Positions 55,512 through 64,000 of a stretch of DNA of 64,000 nt are shown piece after piece. The position numbers and the translations under genes were made by a program. Within the stretch, counting starts at the first letter, position 1. Each line of letters opens with the position of its first letter. Source of the DNA: a virus; IMG/VR virus record IMGVR_UViG_3300034279_000305, positions 22,962 through 86,961 of that record, one strand, 5' to 3'. The notes under the pieces are model-generated. The model did no database searches. It worked only from the letters and a program-made list of their open reading frames with translations, and was not told the DNA's origin.

Positions 55512-55931
55512 TTAATTTCTTTTTGCGCCAATATTATATTTTTGAACCAGTTCCCACTCGCCCTTTTCTTTATAGGCGATAATCTTAATCTGATTTAGTG
55601 GTGCACAATTTTCGTGCAGTTCTGGATTCTTAATATCTATTAGACCCCAGTCACCGAGCAACTTGGCAATAGTATTTCTACGTTCTAAATCATTGTCACT
55701 AAAGTCAGCACCCTTACCATCTAAGGCAAAGAGTTCCTTGAAGTGAACAATAAAGTATCTGCTCTGTTTGTGGAGGATATGGCAGGACTGGAAAAGAGTC
55801 TTTTCCTTGCGTGATGCTACCCCAATACGAGAAAGAGTTTCTCGCACCTTTAGAAAGTCGTCGGGATTCTTGAGGGTTACTTCTAAGGGTGCATACCCTG
55901 GAAAGTCGATATCAAAAAAATCATCAGTCAT
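55512..55931 (-). CDS. regA: translational repressor RegA
   Basis: DDFLKVRETLSRIGVAS, QSCHILHKQ..YFIVHFKELF.LDG, RRNTIA.LL.DWGL. Confidence 0.96.
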   Translation of the reverse strand: MTDDFFDIDFPGYAPLEVTLKNPDDFLKVRETLSRIGVASRKEKTLFQSCHILHKQSRYFIVHFKELFALDGKGADFSDNDLERRNTIAKLLGDWGLIDIKNPELHENCAPLNQIKIIAYKEKGEWELVQKYNIGAKRN

Positions 55932-56389
55932 TTGTTGCCACCTTTATTCAATTTCTCTTTTATGTATTGTTTTTGTTCTTCAGAGAGAATTGAGAGTGCT
56001 TGGCGTGCTTTTTCATTGCTATAACCATAATACTCTTTGATCAACTCTACATCAGCATTCTTTTCGGACTTCAACCATGGATTCCATCGGTTTTTCGCCC
56101 TTATAGTATTTATAAGAAATGCATTTTGGAGAGCATGAGCTAGGTGAGGACGGCAATTGACCTCATTCGCTTGAACGATGGTTTCTCGATCTAGCGAAAG
56201 TGCTCGATTAATGATATATGGGGTGTATTGTTTTTCTGATCGTTCGTCTACAATGAGATTCTTTTGTTGATTGATGTTCTTGACAAATTCAAATGGACTT
56301 ATCTTAGTTATCTTCTCAACATAATCTTCTGCAGTGTAAATCTTAGTAGGTTCACCCAAACCTTCTAGGATTGCTTCCTTCATTTCCAC
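55928..56389 (-). CDS. 62: clamp loader small subunit (T4 gp62)
   Basis: Y.PYIINR.LS, ANE.N, IKEYYGYSNEKA..AL; between 44 and regA. Confidence 0.9.
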   Translation of the reverse strand: MEMKEAILEGLGEPTKIYTAEDYVEKITKISPFEFVKNINQQKNLIVDERSEKQYTPYIINRALSLDRETIVQANEVNCRPHLAHALQNAFLINTIRAKNRWNPWLKSEKNADVELIKEYYGYSNEKARQALSILSEEQKQYIKEKLNKGGNK

Positions 56390-57315
56390 ACCGCAGTCGC
56401 CATAATGTCAGTCAAACACGCAACCAGATTGATTTCCTGATCGACTGCAAATGCTGCCTTGTATTGATAGTCAGCGAGAAGAAGAATGATGGCAGGAATA
56501 TTTTTAAATTCATCAAGATAACTGTCATAGATCTTACGAATGATTGCATTAGGATCACTATCCATATTTTCTACAACCCATGCACGCATCTTCGTCCAAT
56601 CCTTGCCTTGAAGATAAGTCAAAAGACTCTTCATATCAAGATCACGACTGGTATTAAGAACACCCTCGTCAATAGTGCCGCCGACACTATACCGCTGCAG
56701 TTCGTTTAAAACACGGCGATAGTCAGGGAAGTGCTTCTTGAGAACATGAGCGACCACCTTCTCATCGAAGGTGACATTTTCTCCACGAAGAATGTCAGTC
56801 AATCGTTTCATGAACCGACCTGCCATTTTCGGACGGTCTGCCTTGGTAAGTTTAAATTCGATGACTGCACAACGACTATGCAGAGGAGAGATAATCTTAT
56901 CCTTGAAATTACAAGTAAAGATAAACCGACAGTTGTTTGAATATTGCTCAATAAACGCACGAAGCGCAGGTTGAGTTGAATTTGGATTGAGGTAATCTGC
57001 CTCATCAAGAATTACGATCTTGGGTTTACCATTAAATGAAACCGACGCAGCAAACTCTGTAATCTTGACACGCAGAGTTTCAATATTTCTATCGTCAGAA
57101 CCGTTGATGATGATGTAATCGCACCCAAGTTCTTCACAGACTGCTCGAGCGATGGTAGTCTTACCAACACCCGCAGTACCACAAAGAAGCATGTTAGGAA
57201 TTTCACCAGACTCAACAAACTGGCGGAAGGTGTTCAATTGTGCATCTGGAAGGATACAGTCGTCCAATTTACGAGGACGATACTTTTCAACCCAAAGGAA
57301 TTGTTCATTGCTCAT
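56380..57315 (-). CDS. 44: clamp loader large subunit (T4 gp44)
   Basis: LWVEKYRP, GTAGVGKTT, DEAD, SRC, FPDYRR. Confidence 0.95.
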   Translation of the reverse strand: MSNEQFLWVEKYRPRKLDDCILPDAQLNTFRQFVESGEIPNMLLCGTAGVGKTTIARAVCEELGCDYIIINGSDDRNIETLRVKITEFAASVSFNGKPKIVILDEADYLNPNSTQPALRAFIEQYSNNCRFIFTCNFKDKIISPLHSRCAVIEFKLTKADRPKMAGRFMKRLTDILRGENVTFDEKVVAHVLKKHFPDYRRVLNELQRYSVGGTIDEGVLNTSRDLDMKSLLTYLQGKDWTKMRAWVVENMDSDPNAIIRKIYDSYLDEFKNIPAIILLLADYQYKAAFAVDQEINLVACLTDIMATAVWK

Positions 57316-57398
57316 AATAATCTCCATAATAAAAGGTGGGTGATGCCTCATCGATGACGCTCTTCGCAGCAGCAGACATCACCCTCAGCGAAGTTTGA

Positions 57399-57938
57399 TT
57401 AACTATTCGTTTGCAACCAATGCAAGATAGTGTATGGATCAGTCTCGCCATACGGATCAGTCTCGCAGTTATCTTCCTTCCCAGGTTCGATAAACCACTT
57501 CTCGATCTTACCATTATCTACAACAACTGCATACCGCCAAGAACGAATGCCAAAACCAAGATTGTCCTTATAAACTTCCATGTTCATACCAGAAGTAAAC
57601 TCTGCAGAACCATCAGGGATAACCTTAACATGCTCTAGTTTCTGATCCTTCGCCCAACAATTCATAACGAATGAATCGTTGACTGACAGGCAGTAGATAT
57701 CGTCAATACCATGAGAGTAGAAACGCATCGCCAGTTCTTCGAATCCAGGAAGTTGCATTGTCGAACAAGTAGGCGTAAATGCTCCAGGAAGCGAGAATAG
57801 GATGACACGTTTACCCGCGAAAAGATCGAACGATGTCACATCCTCCCAACGATAAGGATTCAAATCCTCAATAGTATCATCACGAACACGAGTCTTGAAG
57901 ACTACACTCGGAACAACTGTCGGTAGATTATCAACCAT
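57399..57938 (-). CDS. peroxiredoxin (Prx5-type)
   Basis: SLPGAFTPTCS, SVND.FVM..W, RSWRY. Confidence 0.92.
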   Translation of the reverse strand: MVDNLPTVVPSVVFKTRVRDDTIEDLNPYRWEDVTSFDLFAGKRVILFSLPGAFTPTCSTMQLPGFEELAMRFYSHGIDDIYCLSVNDSFVMNCWAKDQKLEHVKVIPDGSAEFTSGMNMEVYKDNLGFGIRSWRYAVVVDNGKIEKWFIEPGKEDNCETDPYGETDPYTILHWLQTNS

Positions 57939-58104
57939 TAACATTCTCCACTTGAGCATCCCAATCATTGACAATCAGGAATTTATTAAACTGACGAATG
58001 ACTTCTTCAACACTACTTGTAGTGAATTCGATAGACATTGCACGACCATCTACATCATTGTCATACGGAATTCGTGCACTAAATGTAATTTCTAACTTAT
58101 CCAT
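57931..58104 (-). CDS. hypothetical protein (57 aa, not in ORF track)
   Basis: Own translation MDKLEITFSARIP...; AAGGA SD; fills the gp45-prx gap. Confidence 0.55.
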   Translation of the reverse strand: MDKLEITFSARIPYDNDVDGRAMSIEFTTSSVEEVIRQFNKFLIVNDWDAQVENVNG

Positions 58105-58114
58105 GACTGTATCC

Positions 58115-58774
58115 TTATACGACCGACGAAGGTTCCATCGCCAACCAGTATTCCAACTTCTTGGTCAGGTTGTTAAAGTGCATTGCCTTCTTCTTTCCGA
58201 GTGTTACCTCATAGTCATCAGCAATAACCTTCAGGTTCTCGACCTTCAGACGACAATCAAAGTCACCATCTGCGTTATTGTCTAGTTCGCGACGGAATGC
58301 ATTTGCACGAGGATTAGCAGGGTCGCTAACAGTCAGAGTCACCTTACCGCCCTTTGAGACAACGCTCATGGTCGGAGCAGAAAGAATGGATGCTGCCTTC
58401 TGGACCATGCCAATCTCAGCAGCAGTCATCTTGAAGGTGAAGAACGGATCAATCTCGAGTGACTTATAGGGAGCAGCGGTAACTACTGATGGGTCAGCAT
58501 AACCATACTCGAATTCCGACTTGTCCTTACGCAAGAACATACTCGACTGTTCAAACTCGATATCTTGTTCGTCCCAGATGCTGAGAAGAGCAAGGAGGTT
58601 GGGCAAATCATACACTGCGAATTCGCGAGGGAATGATTCGGAGACAGTGGCAAGAGTCAGAATGTTCTTACCTTCACTCACGGTCGCAAGAACTGAACCC
58701 TCGCGAACGACAATGTTCGTATTAATCGAGGCAAAGTTCTTTAGAACGGCGAGAGTTTCATTTGAGATCTTCAT
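58115..58774 (-). CDS. 45: sliding clamp (T4 gp45)
   Basis: MKIS.ET..VLKNFASIN, F.VYDL...L, YWLAME. Confidence 0.93.
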   Translation of the reverse strand: MKISNETLAVLKNFASINTNIVVREGSVLATVSEGKNILTLATVSESFPREFAVYDLPNLLALLSIWDEQDIEFEQSSMFLRKDKSEFEYGYADPSVVTAAPYKSLEIDPFFTFKMTAAEIGMVQKAASILSAPTMSVVSKGGKVTLTVSDPANPRANAFRRELDNNADGDFDCRLKVENLKVIADDYEVTLGKKKAMHFNNLTKKLEYWLAMEPSSVV

Positions 58775-58780
58775 AATATA

Positions 58781-59227
58781 TTAATCCTTAGTAGTCAGAG
58801 AGGTTTTAAGACGTGGTAAAGTAATAGTACCACCATCAGTTATACTATCATTATTGAAGAAAGTCAAGGTATTTGTTGCACTTCCCATGGTAGTAAATGA
58901 TTCAGTATCGGTGTTTAGAACAAAAGTATTTTCGTCGAAATCATCTTCGACTCCAACTTCTTCATCATGCACATGTAATGCAATGATTGCGTAATGAATG
59001 ACCTTCATGAGATCCTTACGCCAGTCTTCAGGTGTTCCCTTGTGACCATAACGTTGAGCATACTTTAAAATATTCCCAACAGTAAATCCAATACCATGAC
59101 CACCGTCGATAATAAACTCGGTCGCCTGATATTGGTTTTGTGCGTAATGTCCATCATATGTGGAATCTACGTAGTCGGTGATCTCCCGTAGGAGATCACC
59201 CTCATTATATCTGTATTCAATTGTCAT
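58781..59227 (-). CDS. DUF3310 (T7 gp1.7-like nucleotide kinase) family protein
   Basis: HY, GF..GNILKYAQRYG.K, DL.K.IHY. Confidence 0.75.
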   Translation of the reverse strand: MTIEYRYNEGDLLREITDYVDSTYDGHYAQNQYQATEFIIDGGHGIGFTVGNILKYAQRYGHKGTPEDWRKDLMKVIHYAIIALHVHDEEVGVEDDFDENTFVLNTDTESFTTMGSATNTLTFFNNDSITDGGTITLPRLKTSLTTKD

Positions 59228-59236
59228 AGTTTCTCC

Positions 59237-60382
59237 TTAGAATGGGACTTCTTCAGTCATTTGGTTAAAATATGCATCTTCATTCACACCATCATCTGGC
59301 ACTGCATCAACGTCGACTTTCTTATAGAGGTCGAGGAATGCTGCCTTGGTATCGGCATCGAAGCGATTAACGCAAAGTTCGATTGCCTTGCTGCGTGAAT
59401 TAAACATCGCGTAAGCATTGACGATGTGCTCAAGACGACGAGTAGAAACCAGTTCGTCGACGCCACCGTCGTAGAAAGTCTTACGGATGATTTCCGCCCA
59501 CGTGGTCAGTTTATCGGCGAATTCTTCGTCGACCTTTCCTGCCTTCTCCATCTTGTTCAGCACGATCTTCTTTTCGATCTTGGCGGAAGGATATTCCTGC
59601 TCAACGGTGATGGCGAAACGCTCAAGGAAAGCATCGTCGAGGATTTGGGCAGACATAAACTTGCCATCGTCAGAACCACGACCCTTGGTGTTGGCAGTGG
59701 CGATAACGTTGAACCCTGCCTTGGGAAAGATAGTTTCACCAGTCTTCTTATTGAAGTAAGGTTTGCCCTCAAGGATTGCTTGAAGACACATCATCTTGTT
59801 CGAACCACGGTCGATTTCGTCGAGGATGAGGATAGCACCACGCTTCATGGCGGTCAGGACTGGACCTTCGCGGTAAACAACGTTACCGTCGATCAGGGTG
59901 TTACCACCGATCAGATCGTCTTCATCGGTTTCAATCGAGATATTGACACGAAGGCATTCGCGCTTCAACTTGGCACATGCCTGTTCAATCATCGTGGTCT
60001 TACCGTTACCAGAAAGACCAGAGACGAACGTCGGATAGAACACACCAGCGTTCAAGATCTTGATTAGATCTTTATAAAAACCGAATGGAACGTAAGTCGT
60101 GTCAGCAGCAGGAACGAGGTTCTCAATAAGAACTTCCAACTTAGGAGCGATAACAATCTTCGCTGCTTCGCGAACTGGCATCGGGGTAACGTTGCCTACC
60201 ATCAGAGGAGACAGGTTATACTTACCACGACCGATACGGTGTTCGGTCATGTTCAACAACCAGAAGGGAACCTTCTGACCAAGGTCACGGGCAGCGGCAA
60301 CGATTTCCTTCTTAAGGAAAACACCGTTCTTGGTGTTGTTGGCGGAGAGTTTTTCAAGCAGTGCTTCACGGTTCATAATCAT
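59237..60382 (-). CDS. cobS: CobS-like MoxR AAA+ ATPase
   Basis: GLSGNGKT, LDEID, ATANTKG.G, AFLERF, STRRL. Confidence 0.9.
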   Translation of the reverse strand: MIMNREALLEKLSANNTKNGVFLKKEIVAAARDLGQKVPFWLLNMTEHRIGRGKYNLSPLMVGNVTPMPVREAAKIVIAPKLEVLIENLVPAADTTYVPFGFYKDLIKILNAGVFYPTFVSGLSGNGKTTMIEQACAKLKRECLRVNISIETDEDDLIGGNTLIDGNVVYREGPVLTAMKRGAILILDEIDRGSNKMMCLQAILEGKPYFNKKTGETIFPKAGFNVIATANTKGRGSDDGKFMSAQILDDAFLERFAITVEQEYPSAKIEKKIVLNKMEKAGKVDEEFADKLTTWAEIIRKTFYDGGVDELVSTRRLEHIVNAYAMFNSRSKAIELCVNRFDADTKAAFLDLYKKVDVDAVPDDGVNEDAYFNQMTEEVPF

Positions 60383-60414
60383 ATTCATCATCCTCACATC
60401 ATCATAATATAATA

Positions 60415-60444
60415 CATTCTACCGCAAAACGCAGCAGAAGTCAA
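60415..60444 (-). promoter_or_regulatory. sigma70-like early promoter
   Basis: TTGACT-N17-TAGAAT. Confidence 0.8.
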
Positions 60445-60451
60445 CAGTTTT

Positions 60452-60646
60452 TTAAGAAATAATCAACTCACGCGACTCAACTAGTTCATGAGAACCGTCA
60501 TTGCAGAAGTCATAATATTCAACGGTTTCATTGCGAAGAAGCATAAACCCAGCACCATTGGGATATACAGCACGAAGGACACCATTTTCATCACGCGACC
60601 ACGAGCAGAGGACGAGAGTTTCAAGTTCAGAGGGGAAATCAACCAT
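60452..60646 (-). CDS. hypothetical early protein
   Basis: Own promoter and AAGGAA SD. Confidence 0.6.
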   Translation of the reverse strand: MVDFPSELETLVLCSWSRDENGVLRAVYPNGAGFMLLRNETVEYYDFCNDGSHELVESRELIIS

Positions 60647-60676
60647 AATAAAATTTTCCTTTTCAAATTATATACA

Positions 60677-60705
60677 CAGTATACCCCAAAAACGAGATAA
60701 AGTCA
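60677..60705 (-). promoter_or_regulatory. sigma70-like early promoter
   Basis: TTGACT-N17-TATACT. Confidence 0.8.
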
Positions 60706-60860
60706 AGCCCTATTCTTGCGATATATGTAAAAAAGATACAAGATTATCCACAGCGGCCATAGCGAAAGCGCAATCAAAAACATTGCACCCAATACATAAA
60801 ATGCAATAACCAAAACTGTCAACAAACCAATCAATTCTAACACAGACCATCTCCCTATCA

Positions 60861-63125
60861 TTATGCTACTGCCCGAATCATTTTGGTAAGCAGAACACGG
60901 TTTGCTTGCTTTCCGTTCTGCATCTTTTTGAATGCTTGGAAGATTTGCTTCGTATTCTCACTATCAACCTGCAAAGTATCAGCGCCAATCTGAAGGTTCT
61001 TGCCACCTGGAACGAGGAAGCGATTGTGGAACCCACCGTGGTTGTCGAGAGTGAACACACGGTCCTTGACCCATTCTGTCTTCCACTTGGCATCGAAATT
61101 GAAGTCATCACCGAGCATACGACGAGCAGTATGCTTTTCGCTGTATCCTACGATGAAGAAATTGATCACTCGCGAACCAGTCACCTGACCGTAGAGTTCG
61201 AGCAATGCCTTCGAGTAGGCAGAGCGCATACCCTTATCGCGGTCATACTTCACAGTAACCGACTTACGAGTCTTAGCATCTTCAATAGTCAGATTGCTAT
61301 TGCCGTAGTAGTTATAGGTATTGGTGTTAAAGTTATTGTCACCGTCACCATCAGTCAAGAACACGGTCGACAGAACTTCGAGACGATGCTTCGAGCGGAA
61401 CTGTTCAGCAATCGAGCGAGCAACGATAACTGATTCCTCGAGAGGAGTCGAACCAAGACCGAAGTGATCAGGATACCTGTAAATCAGATTTTTATAACTA
61501 CCATACGAACGACGATTTTCATATGCATGACCAAGATGCAGCAACTTTTTTACAGCATTATTAAACTGTGCACTAGAGCAACTCCCGTCGAGGAACTGAT
61601 ACAAGAAGAAATTTGAATCAGCAATCTGGATATCGTTCTTGTTTTCACCAGTGGTAATTTCACGATGTTCACGATTGTGCGCAGGGAATGCAGACTTAGC
61701 AAACTGGTTATTGATGAAACCGTAAACTTCCAACGGGATACGAACCTTACGGCAGAACATTGCCAGCGTAACCATCTGCTCAATCGTGCCTTTCATGTTC
61801 ATGTCCATAGAACCAGACATGTCGAGGAACATAAGCATGCCATGGTTCTTACCGTTAGGCATAATGGTGTGACGAGCGAACAAATCTTCGCTGATCTTAT
61901 GTGCCCACAAACGATCAGTGTCAAGACGACCAGTCTTAGCAACAGTCGCACGAGCAAACTCAGATGCCTTACGACGCATTTCGAATTCTTGAACCATCAG
62001 ATTGATATACTTTTGGTTGTTCGCACGAAATTCGTTGTAAACCTTAGTTGCATCAGTTTCAGAATTGACAGTGTTGTAACCATCACGAACAGTAATCTTG
62101 ATGCTATCAATCACCCGTTTCATTGGAATAATATAGTCAGAAGGTTTTACGATCGTCAGGTTGCCATAGACATATGGACGCGACTTATCATCGACCAGTT
62201 CGTCTTCACGATTGCGGAAGTGTTCGTCGGTTTCAGCGATAGGATTTTCGTTGTAATAAGGTTCTTCTTGAAACCCCTTTGAACCATCTGGTTCGCGCGA
62301 ATCATATTCTTGATCGTCGCCATTTTCACCAGATTCATCTTCATCAGTTTCAGAGGTGGTGTTCTCATTGTCAGTTTCGTCAGTCATTCCACCCGATTGA
62401 CCTTCGCCATCTTGCGTGTCATCGGTTTCTTCCGACTCATCATCAGACTGACCATCAGAGGTTTCGGAAGGAGCAGAGGAAGATGAGTCCATGTCGAATT
62501 CATCACCCATCATACCACCGAGTTGATCCATCAACTCATCAAAGGCAGTTTCTTCGGGAGTCTGTTCAGTCTTAGCGAGACCGTAGAGTTCGGTTGCCAA
62601 CGCCGAAACTTCTTCCCAAGTTTCTAGAACGTCGATGCGGCGCAGGATTGCCTTCTCATCTTCCGAGAACTGAATGTTCAGGAAAGCACCAACCTTGTAA
62701 TAAAGGTTGACACGGTCGATGAAGCGAAGTGTATCGAGGTCGCGACCCTCTACGCCGAAGAAGTTACGCTCAAAGAGTTCCTTGTAACCAGCGTAGAAGT
62801 TCTTGCGAATTCCAGGATACTTGTCCTTAACCTTACGCTCAATACGAGCATCTTCGAGAATGTTTAGGAACGACTTGATACCGTTACCACCGTCAGTGAT
62901 GGCATCGTGCCATCCCGCAGCAGGAGTGTAGAGAGCATGACCGATTTCGTGACCGATAAGCAGGTCATAGAGGTCAGCAGACATTTCCTTCCAGATAGGA
63001 AGGATCAACGCACGGTCTTGAAGGTTGAACGCTGCGGTTGCAACCTTCTGGTGCTCAATGCGGATATTCTCGGAAGCAAGCAACTTAGCGAGAATGGACT
63101 TTTCAGAGTTAGAAACGGACATCAC
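60861..63125 (-). CDS. CobT-like protein: HEXXH metallopeptidase-like domain, acidic linker, VWA domain
   Basis: HEIGH, NILEDARIE, DMSGSM MIDAS, TP, LTDG. Confidence 0.85.
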   Translation of the reverse strand: MMSVSNSEKSILAKLLASENIRIEHQKVATAAFNLQDRALILPIWKEMSADLYDLLIGHEIGHALYTPAAGWHDAITDGGNGIKSFLNILEDARIERKVKDKYPGIRKNFYAGYKELFERNFFGVEGRDLDTLRFIDRVNLYYKVGAFLNIQFSEDEKAILRRIDVLETWEEVSALATELYGLAKTEQTPEETAFDELMDQLGGMMGDEFDMDSSSSAPSETSDGQSDDESEETDDTQDGEGQSGGMTDETDNENTTSETDEDESGENGDDQEYDSREPDGSKGFQEEPYYNENPIAETDEHFRNREDELVDDKSRPYVYGNLTIVKPSDYIIPMKRVIDSIKITVRDGYNTVNSETDATKVYNEFRANNQKYINLMVQEFEMRRKASEFARATVAKTGRLDTDRLWAHKISEDLFARHTIMPNGKNHGMLMFLDMSGSMDMNMKGTIEQMVTLAMFCRKVRIPLEVYGFINNQFAKSAFPAHNREHREITTGENKNDIQIADSNFFLYQFLDGSCSSAQFNNAVKKLLHLGHAYENRRSYGSYKNLIYRYPDHFGLGSTPLEESVIVARSIAEQFRSKHRLEVLSTVFLTDGDGDNNFNTNTYNYYGNSNLTIEDAKTRKSVTVKYDRDKGMRSAYSKALLELYGQVTGSRVINFFIVGYSEKHTARRMLGDDFNFDAKWKTEWVKDRVFTLDNHGGFHNRFLVPGGKNLQIGADTLQVDSENTKQIFQAFKKMQNGKQANRVLLTKMIRAVA

Positions 63126-63150
63126 AAAACCTCATCATCAATTTATATTC

Positions 63151-63180
63151 CATTCTACCCCAAAATGAGATAAAAGTCAA
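63151..63180 (-). promoter_or_regulatory. sigma70-like early promoter
   Basis: TTGACT-N17-TAGAAT. Confidence 0.8.
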
Positions 63181-63204
63181 CACTTATTTTGAGATTTTTG
63201 TAAA

Positions 63205-63561
63205 TTAATAACAGGCAGTGACCCTTGCGTATCGCACGAAACGACCGTAAGAATCATATAGCGGTTCAAATTTCTCGTAACAAGTAGGTTCTGGTGGACG
63301 ACGATAGTGATAGTCATATTCGCGGTCATAGACTTCACGATCGGTTGCACGATCGTTGCGACGATTGCTGTTTGTCGCGGCACCAAGAATGAATGCACCT
63401 ACGCCGATAGCGATTGCCTCGCCTGTGCTAATGCGTGAACGTTTTTCGCGTCGTTCCTTGCGCTGTTCCCATCCATATCCATCGCGGTTGCGTGCTTCAG
63501 CAGCAACAGGAACAAAGGCAACACTCAGAGCAACTAAACTTACAACAACTGTCTTAATCAT
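63205..63561 (-). CDS. exported protein with glycine-zipper-like segment
   Basis: Signal peptide (AAEA), AIAIGVGAFILGAA. Confidence 0.65.
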   Translation of the reverse strand: MIKTVVVSLVALSVAFVPVAAEARNRDGYGWEQRKERREKRSRISTGEAIAIGVGAFILGAATNSNRRNDRATDREVYDREYDYHYRRPPEPTCYEKFEPLYDSYGRFVRYARVTACY

Positions 63562-63582
63562 AACTTTCTCCTTCTATTATTC

Positions 63583-63612
63583 CATTCTACCCTAGAACAT
63601 GACAAAAGTCAA
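63583..63612 (-). promoter_or_regulatory. sigma70-like early promoter
   Basis: TTGACT-N17-TAGAAT. Confidence 0.8.
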
Positions 63613-63616
63613 GCCC

Positions 63617-64000
63617 TTATTTACGATATCTTGTCATCGTTCCATCATGGTGTGCAAGGTATGCTTCAAAATCAATATCAGGATATTCAGTCTTTAAACC
63701 CAGTAGCATATCTAGATTTGAGATAGCGTCATCGAACAGACGGACACGAGCGTATTTACCCGTTTCGAGATACTGTTTGATAACGATTTTCTTACCAGCA
63801 GCAGAGTTGGGAGCATCGAGATTACCCGAACGATGAACGTGCACATCATCAATGTCAATTCCCTGCTGACGGAACGTATCTAGGAAGGTTTCACGATCAT
63901 CGAAATCTGAGCGAGCAGTGATGATAATCATCTTACTACCAGCACGATTCTTAATGTTTTTGTGGATTGCTTTCGCCTTCGCGATTGCTCGAGCAATAGG
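63617..64000 (-). CDS. HAD-superfamily phosphatase-like protein (5' end outside window)
   Basis: IITARS, KK, LFDDA..NL; frame is open to the window edge. Confidence 0.65.
   Translation of the reverse strand, partial: PIARAIAKAKAIHKNIKNRAGSKMIIITARSDFDDRETFLDTFRQQGIDIDDVHVHRSGNLDAPNSAAGKKIVIKQYLETGKYARVRLFDDAISNLDMLLGLKTEYPDIDFEAYLAHHDGTMTRYRK

Noticed and set aside
59237-63125. Cobalamin biosynthesis (cobaltochelatase)
   Set aside because: No CobN seen; this AAA/VWA pair is a common T4-like phage module

Overview
64 kb of a large T4-like (cyanophage/phiM12-type) myovirus genome, with essentially all genes on the minus strand. A GapR/DUF2312 homolog, an alphaproteobacterial-type tRNA-Ile2 and spanins point to a Gram-negative, probably alphaproteobacterial host (inference). 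In transcription order (right to left) the window has: a CobT-like VWA/CobS-like AAA pair; the replication core (gp45, gp44, gp62, regA, hsp20, gp43, uvsX, gp41); cytidyltransferase, nested Rz/Rz1 spanins and a block of probable capsid-packaged, protease-processed proteins; an M15+GH19 endolysin; primase gp61; thyX, nrdA, nrdB, rnh and speD; an array of 25 tRNA/tRNA-like genes interleaved with structured ncRNA candidates (a 26th tRNA lies at 47.2 kb); a compact tailoring-enzyme cluster (GT2, Coq4-like, two radical SAMs, GNAT-like, QueC-like, two 2OG-type oxygenases); and many small early genes driven by a repeated sigma70-like promoter. The most unusual items are a D-armless, apparently arm-rearranged tRNA(ACG), a degenerate tRNA(CAT), the ncRNA candidates and boxA leader of the tRNA operon, and the modification cluster. 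All family calls come from motif recognition by eye; no database searches were run.
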